Part shown: positions 14,501 to 26,767 of the stretch, piece after piece
Layout of the letters: the number at the start of each line of letters is the position of its first letter
Position numbering within the stretch: the first letter of the stretch is position 1
From: Macrostomum lignano
Lineage: Eukaryota
Direction of reading: 5' to 3'
Length of the DNA stretch: 64,000 bases
Assembly (NCBI GenBank): GCA_002269645.1
Contig: NIVC01003899.1
Coordinates: forward strand, 6,861-70,860
Program-made: the position numbers and the translations under genes
Notes under the pieces: model-generated
Database searches by the model: none
What the model saw: only the letters and a program-made list of their open reading frames with translations
What the model was told of the DNA's origin: nothing

Positions 14501-17500
14501 ACGCTTGTGCGCGGTGATCGCCCTGGTGATCTCCTCGGCTAGAGCTTCCGAGGATTCCACGATGGCCCACAGGCGCAGCACGTCGCAATAAATTCGGCCC
14601 TGCGGACCGGACCGCTTCGGGCTGAAGGTGACGGCCCGCTCCCACAGCAGGCTGGCCTGGCCGCCCAGGCTGGTCTGGTAGAACTGCAAGCCCAGACCGG
14701 CGGCCGACTCCGGCAGGCGGACCGGCTTAGCCAGAGAGCGCCAGCCGCGCCCGCTGGCCAGTTTTAATAGGCGCCTAGCCAATCGGCGCCTCAGTTGGCG
14801 CCACGTGTTCCGACGGCGCCGAAGAGCGTTCCATAGTTCCACCTGTAGGCATATTAGGCATTAAAAGGGGGTTGTAGCGTCGGACTCACCACTGAAAGGT
14901 CGGGGGTTCGATTCCCTATCTACTTGGAACAATTTGTGGCCTTGAGCAAGACACTTAACTCTGCATTGTTTCAGTTCACCCAGCTGTAGAGTGTGCACCA
15001 GCATTAGCTGGGGTAATTGAGGCTGTGTGGCGACCCCCCTCCCCCAGTCCTTGGACTGAACAGCCGGACGCAGCCTTCAGATGCGCCGTGCAATAGCTGC
15101 GGCTGAGCTGTCGGTTGCACATCTGGCCCAATTGGGGCAGGTGTAATCAATTATTATTATTTAGACATACATGTACGAGTTCATCGAACCGCTGCAAGGT
15201 GACCAAGTGTACTGCAATAGCACAGAACATGTACAGCAGGGGTCGGCAAATGCAGCCCGCAAAGCCTCTCTATCCGGCCCTCGGGTCCTTTGAAACTTCA
15301 CAATAGCAATCCGGCCCGCTCAATTTCTATCTCTTCTCAGCGCTCTTCTCTCTAATCTCCTCTCTTCCTCTCTCCTAGTCTCTAGGCAAGAAAAGTACGC
15401 ACACTGCGCCCTGAGGGTTGGCCCTCGTGTGTCCTACTAGTAGACAGATTTCCGCGCGCTGAATCGAACCCGGGACTTAATTACAAGAACCGGACACTCC
15501 GGTAAGCAACTCTGCCATCCCATCCCCAGCCTCACCGTGCATTCGATCTCCCAGTCGAGCTCAGCTCCATCGCGCACCATCAGCGCGCTCGCCTCAACGC
15601 CAGCCTCGTCGTCGCTGCCGACCACTTCGTCCGTAGGCGACGCCTGCCGATCATTGCCGCCAACAATGTCCTTCTCTTCGTCGGCTTCGTCCTCCTCTTC
15701 TTCCTCGGCGTCCGACTCTTCCGGCGGCGCGATGTCGCGCGGGTTCGGCGCGCGCACGGCATTCCGAGTCCGATCGACAATGTCGTCCTTGGTGAGCCGG
15801 TCCAGCTGGCGGTGGAACCACTGCAGAGTCTGCTCGAACTGCGACTGCGGCGTCTGCTGCAAACTCTCGTCCAGCTGCTTCTGCTGCTGTTGTTGTTGCT
15901 TCTGCAGTTGCTTCTGCTGCTTCGACGTCAACGGTAGATCGCTGCCCACTGACGGCTTGCCAGACCCCGACGCCATGGAGCCGGAGGCCTCGCTGCCGCT
16001 GTCAGCGTCGCTCTCGTCGCCAGACGCGTCATCGTCGGCGCCCAAATCTGGTCGGGAGTCGACGGGCTCCGGCTCGGGGAATCTGGCGGCCGCCTGGGTC
16101 AGCTGCATCACCAGCTGGGCGCGGTCGCGGCGGCGGACGGACCGGCAGATAGCCTTGGGGGGGGGAGCGAGAGAGCAGTGTCCAATGCCATCGGGTTATG
16201 TAAACAGACAACTATTGCAAGCTTTTGGGGATAAGCTAATGGGGAAAATGGGGATTTCGATCGGCCGGATAAACCGTTGGGGATAATGAGGATTCCGATC
16301 GGTGGGATAAATCATTAGGGATAATGGTGATTTCGATCGGTCGGATAAACCATTGGGATAATGGGATCCTGATCGGTGGGATAAACCATTGGGGATAATG
16401 GGGATTTTAATCGGTGGGATAAATCATTGATGATACGTAATGAGTATCCCGATTGATGGGATAAACCTTCGAGGATAATAAGGATTTCGATCGACCGGAA
16501 AACCATTGGGGAAAATGAGGATTCCGATCGGCCAGATAAACCATTAGGGATAATGTGAGGATTCCGACCGGTGGGATAAATCATTGGAGACAATGGGGAT
16601 CCTGATCGGTGGGATAAATCATTGGGGACAATGGGGATCCTGATCGGTGGGATAAATCATTGGGGACAATGGGGATCCTGATCGGTGGGATAAATCATTG
16701 GGGATAATGGGATCCTGATCGGTGGGATTTAGCAACTGATAGTTATCATCCTTTGATTCATCCGTTGGGATAATCTAGATTGGATTTATCAATGGGGATA
16801 AATGAGGATAATAACAAATCCCAGCAGTCTCGCTCACCTGCAGAGCAGTCTGCCTGGCCTTATTTCGCAGATTCGGATTAGCATCGGTGAGTTCGGCAAT
16901 TTTGCGCACAGCCTCAATGGAGTGACGGCTCCGGGTGGCGGCGGCAGTGTGATACAGAGTGTTGCCGTCCCGGTCGCGCAGACAGGGGTCCAGCTGCGGG
17001 TGGGACTCCGGGTCCGATTTGTACAGGTCGAGCAGGTGCTCGAACAGTTCAAAGTAGCCGGGCTCAATGTCCAGGGCAACGATGAGCGCCTTGTACAGAG
17101 GATTTTCGCCGAGACAGTCGGGGCCGAGCAGGCCGCGCTGCATCAGCTGCGGCAGGTCGCGAGCGAAGCCCTGGCGCTGCTGGCTGGACAGCTCGGACAT
17201 CTCCATGCCGGACAGGTCGCACAGGGCGCCGGCCCGCCTCAGCAGGTCCACTAGCTCCAGCCGCTTGGTCTGGTCGCCGCGCTGGTAGCCAGACATGAGC
17301 AGGTCCTGGTTTGGAGGGATCAGAGGCTTTTATATCCCGAAAATCTCAACTGTTCGACCATTGCATCCAGATAATCCCATATTACCTACTTCGGAATATT
17401 ATTACTCACAATTACTCATTTATAATATTACTCACATACTGATAAGAGAATCTCACATGCTGATAAGAGAATCTCACATACTGATAAGAGAATCTCACAT

Positions 17501-20500
17501 CCTGATAAGAGAATCTCACATCCTGATAAGAGAATCTCACATGCTGATAAGAGAATCTCACATCCTGATAAGAGAATCTCACATCCTGATAAGAGAATCT
17601 CACATACTAACAATAGAATCTCACATACTAACAATAGAATCTCACACACCCCAGTTACTAAATTCACCGATCTCAGTCCCCCAATTTCCCTCACCTGCAG
17701 CCTGGCAGATGCGGCAACATTGCCCCGCCTGGCGTCCTCCACCACAGCCTCAACGGTGTGCACTCCCAGGTACAGCCGCAGTCCGTGCTCCAGCGTCGGT
17801 TTCAAATTCGTGTCGGGATTGACCGACGCGGCGCTGCCAAAATAACACTTCAGCAGCACGTGAATGGACTTCCAACACTTGAAAGTGCCGTCCTCGGCCG
17901 TGTTGGTGTCCAGGGTGATGAGGCCGTGTAGTAAACAAGCCAGCAGAGCGGCCGGACTCAGCAGCTGGTCAGTTATGAACCTGGCCGAGATGAGATCGCT
18001 CTGCGACAGCAGCTCCAACAGGTCCGGCAGCAATCGGCCAATGAGGTCGGCGTGCGACTTGCTGAACTGCCGCTTGTGATCCTCGTGCAGCAGGGCGCCG
18101 AAAAAGCGCAGCAATTCTTCGCGCTTTGGAAAGTTGCGATGCTTCTCCAGGCTTTTCTCGCACGGCTGCAGAAATAAGCGGATTTTTTCTGGTTCCGTCT
18201 ATCCCAAAACTTATTCCGGTTTCTTCTATCCCAAAACTACTTCCGGTTCCGTCTATCCCAAAACTACTTCCGGTTCCGTCTATCCCGAAACTGCTTCCGG
18301 TTCTGTCTATCCCGAAACTGCTTCCGGTTCCGTCTATCCCGAAACTGCTTCCGGTTATGTTTATCCCGAAACTACTTCCGGTTCCGTCTATCCAAAAAAA
18401 CTTCTTCCGGTTTCTTCTATCCCAAAACTACTTCCGGTTCCGTCTATCCCGAAACTACTTCCGGTTCCGTCTATCCCGAAACTACTTCCGGTTCCGTCTA
18501 TCCAAAAAACTTCTTCCGGTTTCCTCTATCCCAAAACTACTTCCGGTTCCGTCTATCCCCAAATCCAAATCTACTTTAAGTTCCGTTTATCCAAAAACTA
18601 CTTCCGGTTCCGTTTATCCAAAAACTACTTCCGGTTCCGTCTATACCAAAACTACTTCCGGTTCCGCCTATATCAAAACTACTTCCGGCTTCGTCTAACC
18701 CCCAAAACTCCTTCCAGTTTCGTTTAACTAGTCTCAATATGTCAGCGTTACCTGGCAGAGGTAGGCGCCGCCTCCGTCGCCGGAGATATTATTAGCAGCA
18801 TCGGCAATGAGAAGCTCGGTGCGCTTAGGATGCACGCCGAGACGCTGAGCAAAATAATAGAACCAGCAGTTGGAGACACGATCGCAGGGATCAGTGTAAT
18901 TTAAGCAGGTCTCCGGGTACTGCAAGTAGCCGTACTCTATATCAGACGGCTTATAGTAATCGACCGCTTTGTGGCCTTTTTTATTTAAAGCTTGTGGATC
19001 AACGTGCCCGTATCTGCAGGATTATGAGAGTTTACGACTGCATTGAAGTTAAGCATTTTTATCTTCATGGCTTTTGATACTACTTTCGAGTAGTTTTTAT
19101 GTACAATGCTAATAGCTTCTCCATAAATGGGACTACGAGTAGTAACAATAGGCTACTAATAGTAGAGGTGAATAAAAAGCTACTCATAGTAGATGTGACT
19201 AATAGGCTACTCATAGTAGAGGTGACTAATAGGCTACTCATATCAGATGTGACTAAAAATTAAGCATATGCCATACTAAAAGGCAGTCCTCACCTAACCA
19301 GCAGTTGAATAGCGGTGCAAGCAAACTCCTTGGAGTATTTGCAGCCAAAAATTTCACCGGCCTCCCTGGCCGCCCCAATTAAATGCAGAAGAGTGTCGCC
19401 AGTTTTGTCTGCCGACCGGGGCCGATGGAAGTAGAACAGAAATCTGTACAGATCTAGCGAGCCCGTCTGCATGGCCCGAGTGATTGACGTGTGAAAGCAG
19501 GTATTGCCGAGGTGACCTGCGAGGTAAGCCACTTAGTATTATTATGCATGAGTAATACATACAGTTTAACAGGGCCCGGGTGGACCATTCTCAAGGTTAG
19601 AGATGGACCATTCTCAAGGTTAGAGATGGAACATTCTTAAGGTTAGAGATGGACCATTCTCAAGGTTAGAGATGGACCATTCTCAAGGTTAGAGATGGAC
19701 CATTCTCAAGGTTAGAGATGGACCATTCTCAAGGTTAGAGATGGACCATTCTCAAGGTTAGAGATGGACCATTCTCAAGGTAAGAGATGGACCATTCTCA
19801 AGGTTAGAGATGGACCATTCTCAAGGTTAGAGATGGACCATTCTTAAGGTTAGAGATGGACCATTCTCAAGGTAAGAGATGGACCATTCTCAAGGTTAGA
19901 GATGGACCATTCTCAAGGTTAGAGATGGACCATTCTCAAGGTTAGAGATGGACCATTCTCAAGGTTAAAGATGGACCATTCTCAATGGTAGAGAATAGAT
20001 CATTCTAAATGGTAGAGAATAGACCATTCTTAAGGGTAGAGAATAGATCATTCTCAATGGTAGAGAACGGACCATTTTCAATGGTAGAGAATAGATCATT
20101 CTAAATGGTAGAGAATAGACCATTCTTAAGGGCAGAGAATAGATCATTCTCAATGGTAGAGAAGGAACCATTTTCAATGGTAGAGAATAGAACTAATAAA
20201 GAGAATAGATAGAAGATTCTAAAGGGTAGAAAGAGTGAGATAGAGGATTCTATTCAAACTCTCAAAGGCAGGGGATGTGACGGCCAAAGCTGTCAGACAG
20301 ACTCCCTCACCAGTTAGCGATGAGCTGGGTTCGAGTCCCAGCAGGCAGAATAAAACCAGCAGCCGCTCTCCGTATCGCTTCCACTGCGCGGCCGGCAGCG
20401 CCAGCAGGTCCTTAGTTAGCGCCGAGCGGCACAGGCGCATCCGATCCGAGCGCAGAGGCTCCAGCGCCGGCCCGGAGAACTGGTGCTCAGCCGAACCGAA

Positions 20501-23500
20501 AGCCAGCAGCTGGCACAGCGCCAAATAATTGCGACTAGCCAGGTGATGCTGTACAACTGGCGACCAGATTGCCGCGTCGCGAACTTTTACAGCCGACCGA
20601 AGGAAGGCTTTGCGCAGGGCAACTAGCAGCGAGCGCTGGTTGCTGCCGCCGTCACCGCCGCCGCTGCCGCCGCTGTCCAGTAGGGCGGCGATCTCGGTGA
20701 GCACGCTGCTCAACAGCGGGCGAGAGGACTCGCCGAGCAACTTCAACGCGCCGGAATCAGCCAGGCCGGTCAGGTAGGCGCGCGCTGCCAGCTTGGCAGC
20801 GTCGCCAGCCAACAAAGTCATCGAGCTGGTGGCGCCGCCGCCCCGACGCCGAGCGCCAGCGGAGCCGGCAGCCGAGGCTGAGGCCGATTTCGCCAGCAGA
20901 AGGTGGCCGGCCAGCAGGTGCAAGACTGGAGGCGCATTGTCTGAAAATTTCACACCCAGACTGACGGCGCGGGACGCCTCCTGATGGCCAGCCAGAGTGC
21001 AGGCGGCCGGCGTGGTGTAGCAGGAGCCGATCTTGTAACCGGGCTGGGTTCGAGATCGGGGAGGGTTGGCGACTCAGATTGCACTCAATTTAAAAAGCAC
21101 CGCGCCTATACTGCCTTGAGACAGTTTCAATTAGGACTAATGCAGTTTCTTAAATTTATAAATCTCACCCTTTAAGTATCAATCTCACTCATTAAATGTC
21201 AATCTTAACCATTAGATATCAATCTCATCCCTCAAATATCAATTTCACCCGTCAAATATCAATCACACCTCTAAGTATCAATCTCACCCCTCAAATATCA
21301 ATCTCACCCCTCAAATATAAATCTCACCCCTCAAATATCAATCTCACCCCTCAAATATAAATCTCACCCCTCAAATATCAATCTCACCCCTCAAATATAA
21401 ATCTCACCCCTAAAATATCAATCTCACCCGTCAAATATCATATCAATCACACCCCTTAAGTACCGATCTCATCCCTTAAATATCAATCTCACCTGTCAAA
21501 TATCAATCACACCCGTCAAATATCAATCACACCCGTGAAATATCAATCTCACCCTATAAATATTAATCTCACCCATTAAATATCAATGTCACCCATGAAA
21601 TATCAATCTCAAACCTTTAGTGTTGATTTCACCCTCTAAATATCAATCGCAACCTTCCCTAAACACCCACAGCTTCAGTACCTGCGTATGGGGCGCCAGC
21701 GTGAGCGCCAGGCGCGTCAGCGACTCGGCCACCCGAGCTCGAAAAGCCGGCTCGGTGACCCGATCCGGGGTCAGCGACGGCCAGACCTGGTCAAACATGC
21801 TGGCATTCCAGCCGCCGCCGCCCTTGACTGACAGATTTTCAACAACTTTGACAAGTTCAGACTGGCGCAGCGACTGGGCGCCGCTCCCCCCAGCCAGGTC
21901 GATGAGGTAGGCCGGGTCGCTGAACGGGGCGGCCAGCTCAATGGACGGGCCGGTCTGGCGTCGGAGCTCGGCCAGGGTGAAGGCCAGCTGCGGTCGGCGC
22001 TGCTGCCGTTTCAGCTCGGCTAGGAGGCAGTTCCAGGAGGCGCTGGACAGGCCCAGCTGCTGAATGCCGCCGTTGCTGGGGCCGTTAGCTGACTCAACCG
22101 CGGTCCCATTCTTTCTCAACTGGCTCGAATAACCAGCTGGGGCGGCCGTTTCCAGGTAATCCATGTACATCTCAACGGCAGAACTCGCGCTGAACTCGTC
22201 GCGAGGAAATTCACAGTTGGCGAAGCAGGCGACGATGACGCGAGGCGCATAGTCGAACAGGCCGATGTCCTTGTGAATCTGGGCCAGCCAGTGGTAGGAC
22301 TGGCGATGCGGGGGCGGGGTAGGCTATGTTTGATTAGGAGATTTTGAGAGGGGATCATAGAGGGGAGATTTTCACTAGGGGGATAACAGAGGGGAGATTT
22401 TTACTAGGGGGATAACAGAGGGGAGATTTTTACTAGGGGGGATAACAGAGGAGAGATTTTCACTAGGGGGATAACAGAGGGAAGATTCTCACTAGAGGGG
22501 ATAACAGAGGGGAGATTTTCACTAGGGGGATAACAGAGGGGAGATTTTCACTAGGGAGAGATAGCAGATGGGATATTTTCACTAGGGGGGATAACAGAGG
22601 GGAGATTTTCACTAGGGGGATAACAGAGGGGAGATTTTCACTAGGGGGATAACAGAGGGGAGATTTTCACTAGGGAGAGATAGCAGATGGGATATTTTCA
22701 CTAGGGGGGATAACAGAGGGGAGATTTTCACTAGGGGGATAACAGAGGGGAGATTTTCACTAGGGGGATAACAGAGGGGAGATTTTCACTAGGGGGATAA
22801 CAGAGGGGAGATTTTCACTAGGGGGGATAACAGAGGGGAGATTTTCACTAGGGGGATAACAGAGTGGGATATTTTCACTAGGGGGGATAACAGAGGGGAG
22901 ATTTTCACTAGGGGGATAACAGAGGGGAGATTTTCACTAGGGGGATAACAGAGGGGAGATTTTCACTAGGGGGGATAACAGAGGGGAGATTTTCACTAGG
23001 GGGGATAACAGAGGGGAGATTCTCACTAGGGGGGTAACAGAGTGGAGATTTTTCCTAGGGGGGGGGGTAACAGAGGGGAGATTTTGAAGGGGAGATTTTA
23101 CTAGAAGGGATAACATAGGGGAGATTTTCACTAGGTGGATAATATCCTAGGGGAGATTTTACATTTTGGGACACTAATGCTATAAGCAGTTAGACCCTTG
23201 GGCACATTTGCGTGTAAGCTACTGTCAGTTCAGTAGAAAGTTTAGTTAGAATAACTTTAATGTATTCCAGCTACTCATTTATTGGCCCTCTTAATCCCCA
23301 AGCCAAGCATAGCATTCCTCGGCATTCCAGCCTAAACTGCCGCGCACATTGTTAGTACCACTAGACGGTTTTTTACGCCTTCAAGCCGCTTACAGAGACA
23401 GACACTGCTCTGCCAGGCCAAGCCAATTAAAAGTTCAAACTAAGCAACAGCAATCCAGCCTTACTCGCCAGTACTTCTTGTCGCATTTAAGCGCATTCAG

Positions 23501-23719
23501 GGCATCCTCGAACGCCGAATGCATTGCCGAGAGCTTGCGCCAACAGGCAGCCCTGTTGCACAGGACCTTAGCCTTGGCGGTCTTGTCCTTGGTAGTCTTG
23601 TCAATCAGGCCGACGCAGAAGGAGTAGAGCAGCAGAGCCGGGTGAAAGTCATCCCGGCGGAAATAATCGTTCCCTCTGTCGCGAAAGAATTTGTCATCAA
23701 ATTGAAACTGCTGCTGCAT
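5563..23719 (-). CDS. TRANK1: TRANK1/LBA1-like TPR-ankyrin-SF1(UvrD-like) helicase protein, 15 exons in window, 3' end not found (partial)
   Basis: GT-AG exons with compatible phases: 23465-23719, ~21654(or 21682)-22299, 20311-~20940(or 20980), 19294-19516, 18752-19013, 17695-18165, 16838-17305, 15536-16153, 14039-14842, 12381-12914, 10679-11869, 9668-9964, 8276-8662, 6542-6979, 5563-6126 (~2600 codons, no internal stop). N-terminal TPR (FRDRGNDYF...LCNRAACW...ALKCDKKYWR/SYHWLA), ankyrin-like repeats (GNTCFH, GNTLYHTAA), WEIECT motif, SF1 motifs IGRSGTGKT, LFVTKNPVLC, IFVDETQD, TGDTAQSI, HNYRSH, VYESKGLEF, LYTAVTRAR, then C-terminal TPR-like repeats (LAAKCY). The intron 2 boundaries are ambiguous. 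Confidence 0.92.
6165..6535. repeat. Minisatellite ~25 bp (CCACCCTCCAGCATCGAGAATTCC), TRANK1 intron 14
   Basis: Degenerate tandem copies fill most of intron 6127-6541. Confidence 0.85.
7040..8217. repeat. Minisatellite 23 bp (ATCTACCAGAATCATCACCCGCT), TRANK1 intron 13
   Basis: About 50 tandem copies are directly visible. Confidence 0.95.
8772..9632. repeat. Minisatellite ~21-22 bp (CTCTGTAGCTGGTTGTGCCCC), TRANK1 intron 12
   Basis: Tandem copies with a variable C-run. Confidence 0.95.
9994..10606. repeat. Minisatellite 23 bp (TTGGGTAGAGCGGGTAGACTAAT), TRANK1 intron 11
   Basis: Highly homogeneous tandem copies. Confidence 0.95.
12050..12330. repeat. Minisatellite 32 bp (TATGACCAAATCTAGATGACCTTCAGTTCAGT), TRANK1 intron 10
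   Basis: About 9 copies, with degenerate ATGACC units extending to ~11900. Confidence 0.92.
13130..14008. repeat. Minisatellite 27 bp (ATGACTGACCCATTCTATGACCCACTG), TRANK1 intron 9
   Basis: About 32 copies, with a degenerate zone at 12940-13130. Confidence 0.95.
14867..15160 (+). mobile_element. tRNA-derived SINE (CORE/Meta-like central domain), antisense in TRANK1 intron 8
   Basis: GGGGTTGTAGC head, B-box-like GGTTCGATTCC, central CCTTGAGCAAGACACTTAAC...CAGTTCACCCAGCTGTA and (ATT)n tail. It is clearly homologous to the copy at 56137-56385. Confidence 0.8.
16195..16730. repeat. Minisatellite ~38 bp (GATAAATCATTGGGGACAATGGGGATCCTGATCGGTGG), TRANK1 intron 7
   Basis: Tandem G-rich copies, more degenerate toward 16195. 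Confidence 0.9.
17430..17647. repeat. Minisatellite 21 bp (CTGATAAGAGAATCTCACATC), TRANK1 intron 6
   Basis: About 10 tandem copies. Confidence 0.92.
18186..18720. repeat. Minisatellite 27 bp (TTCCGGTTCCGTCTATCCCAAAACTAC), TRANK1 intron 5
   Basis: About 20 tandem copies fill intron 18166-18751. Confidence 0.95.
19147..19258. repeat. Short minisatellite 27 bp (AATAGGCTACTCATAGTAGAGGTGACT), TRANK1 intron 4
   Basis: About 4 degenerate copies. Confidence 0.75.
19580..20215. repeat. Minisatellite 23 bp (ATGGACCATTCTCAAGGTTAGAG) grading into a 24-bp variant, TRANK1 intron 3
   Basis: Homogeneous from 19580 to 19985, then TAGAGAATAGA(T/C)CATTCTCAATGG units. Confidence 0.93.
21155..21650. repeat. 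Minisatellite 20 bp (ATATCAATCTCACCCCTCAA), TRANK1 intron 2
   Basis: Tandem, partly degenerate copies. Confidence 0.9.
22345..23160. repeat. Minisatellite 29-30 bp (GGGGAGATTTTCACTAGGGGGATAACAGA), TRANK1 intron 1
   Basis: About 27 G-rich tandem copies. Confidence 0.95.
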
Positions 23720-26700
23720 GGCTAGGCCGGCTTGGGCATGAATGTACATTTAAGCCACGTATTTTAGTGACAGTCTGACTGATTTGAATTATGCTTTCTA
23801 TAAATCAGGCTAATGATATTTTCCATGGCCAATATCATAGTCGGTGCAGTCAGGACTTACAATGCCTTAAAATTGGGAATACTTTATTGATTTTTAGCAT
23901 GTCAAGCGCCGAGCATGTCCATTTAGCATGGAAGTAAAGTTTGGAAAGTAATAAATTCAATAGAACTAAGATAACATATAGAACAAATATGTAAGAATCT
24001 GATATCCTTTACAGTGTTGTCTACTATCTAAAATGATCTGAAAAATGAACATACTTTGAAATTTTATTTGTAGCCATGTAGCCAGTTAGCTAGCTAGACT
24101 GACTGCTCTAAGTGAAAGTACCAATTTACCTTTGATTGGGCAACATCTCACTTTATCACTTACTATACATTATACCTAAGTAAATTATGCCACCTCTCTT
24201 CACTTTACTTAACTTAGCCTCACCCTATGTGCCCAAAATAGTTAATTTACTTATTAATTTTTATAAAAAAAGAAAAAAAATTGTTATTTGACCTAAATTG
24301 ATCTAATTATTTTGCTTTTAATTGATGTAAATATGAAGTATTTCTCATATTTTATATAAAAGTACACAACTATTTCATAAATTTCAAAGAAATTTTATTT
24401 GTTTATATTTTCAAAATTTCAATTGTATCACTAGCAAACTATCAGACTATTTGGCAAATTGAATTTTTTTGGAAGTTATAGGAAGTTATAGGAACTTTTT
24501 GGAAGTTATAGAAGTCTAATAAGTATTAAAAAATATTGGCTTATTGTCGAATGATTATTACCCAAAAGGTATTGCCAATAGTATACAAGCATTATATTGA
24601 GCATTATTTTTTGCTCAATTCAAGGCTGCCTAGTGAAATTTTTTAAATATATGTTATTGTTCTTCTGGTCTCTCACTTTTATGGGTCTATGTCTATTTCA
24701 CATATCAATGTGAGAGCCAAATAACTGAGGCAGCAGATTCAACTGACTTTTCCTGATGATGCAAACACTTGATGGTAACTTACTGACCATTGTATTTGAT
24801 GGTCACAATCTTGAGATGTTATCTTACAAAATATAATATCTAAGATGGAACTCCAAATAAGAAGCTCATTTTGTTCAAATTCCAAGGAGTTTCTAATTGT
24901 TTGGGTGAACTGAAGGTTCAGTCTATTGTGGAACGTGGGTTGGTTGTTGTTTTGGTTTTAGTGAGTCAATTTATCAGTTTTAGTATTTGGGTTGAGACCC
25001 TAACTGCGTCAATCAAAAGTAGTCAGAGTAGGTATGTTAGAGTAGTGAGAAGGGAAAAGAGAAGACAACAGGGAGGCGAGGTGAGCTTCTTAGCTTCTTG
25101 CTTGGTTAACATGGGTTTTTATAGTACTTTTCAGTCTTAATCACATTGGATGGTACATAACTGCTTTTCATTGGTTGAGGTTGGGGTTGTGTCCTCAGCT
25201 TTTGCTAGTTGGAGCACATTCATTGGTTAAAATACATTCAATCTAGATGGAAACTTTCTAGAGCCAAAATATGTCACTTCACTAGCAATATGTTGCCAAC
25301 TTACCCAAAAGTGGTTGGCAAAAGTTAGGGTCTATGACTAAAACAAATCTTGTAGCTGCTGTCTTAAAACTCTGTACTTGATCAGCTCTACTTGTGGCTT
25401 TCTTCTAAGTGAACATAGAAGCATTATGCAGTATGTATTTCTATGGCCAATGGTATGCAAACAAATACATGCTGTTTATAACAAGAAGCCCTTATAAAAA
25501 TTGGACTCCTGTGGTATAAAAGCTAAAATAAGCCACTAACTTTTAAGGCATAAGATTTTTTAATACATATTAAAACTTGTACAAGCAAGCAAAAGTGACA
25601 TTACAACTAGGATATTCTGTGTAAAATAGTAAAATAGCAATGTTAAAATAGTTTTTTACTATAAAATAAAAATATTAGAATAACAAAAATTAATTATTTT
25701 TGACTTTTGATTTTTTTCATTGCCTTAGGATTGATAACAATTGTTACTTTATTTCTCATTATTTGAGTGGGCCTAATATGTCCAACACTGCCTAGAAAAT
25801 ATAAAACATTTATATAAAGATCTTTACCCATAAAGTCAAAGATCTTTATATGTAAAATGTATATTATAGGCCTAGTCCAAATCTATAAATTGCCAATACT
25901 ATGCTAATGTTGGCAGTGGGGTTGCCATGGTAAAATTTCATTTTTGAATAATTATTTTTTTAACTTTTAAATTGGTGCCATATTTTTAAACACCCAACTT
26001 GTGCAGCCAACCAAGGTCCAGTCTATGACCTCACCCTTCCTTTTGTTGGTCCACATGCTGGCAACTTGTTTCTCTAGTTCTGGTTGGCATGAATTTCACC
26101 TGATGATTTCTCATTTTTTGCATGTATTTCTGTTATTTTTTGGTGTTTGACCATTGATTGGCCCATATATTGGTAAGACTAGGCCCCACACATTGGAATC
26201 TTTATATGTTTCAATTATAAATAACCTCCACTCTGTTCTATTTTTCTTTATTTTCTCCCTTCTGTTTTGTTCTGCTTTCCTGTTTGTATTGCTCTGTTGT
26301 TTCCTGTAGTTATCCATGTTTTTGTTTTTGTTTCATTTTTGATTATTACCTTTGCTTGTATCAAACTAGTTTAGTGCAACCGTTTCTTTAATTTTTAAGT
26401 TTATTTAGCACCTCGGCGCCTGCAAAATTTATCCATCATTAAATTAATCTATTGAACAATAGAAGGATAATTACCATTTCAACTTAAGCCTGCATTAATA
26501 AAAACTACTAACAAATTTAATCAATTAATATTTATTCATTGATGTTAAGCCATAGCCTATCTTGATTCATTTGTCCGCGGGGCATAAAATAACCAAAGTT
26601 CTTGGCTCAAAGAAAGATCAAAGACTTAATTCGTTCTATAATATGAAAATTACAGTGGTGGCAGCAACTACCCTACTGAAAGTAACAAGCTGGACAAGTC

Positions 26701-26767
26701 AATGCATTAGATTATGGTGTCAATCTCTGGTTTTTATTATTTGAAAAACTATACTACTATACAACTG

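Noticed and set aside
14867-14930. tRNA gene at the SINE heads (also 56137)
   Set aside because: Only the A/B-box remnants are present, with no complete cloverleaf, and the sequence continues into SINE body and tail.
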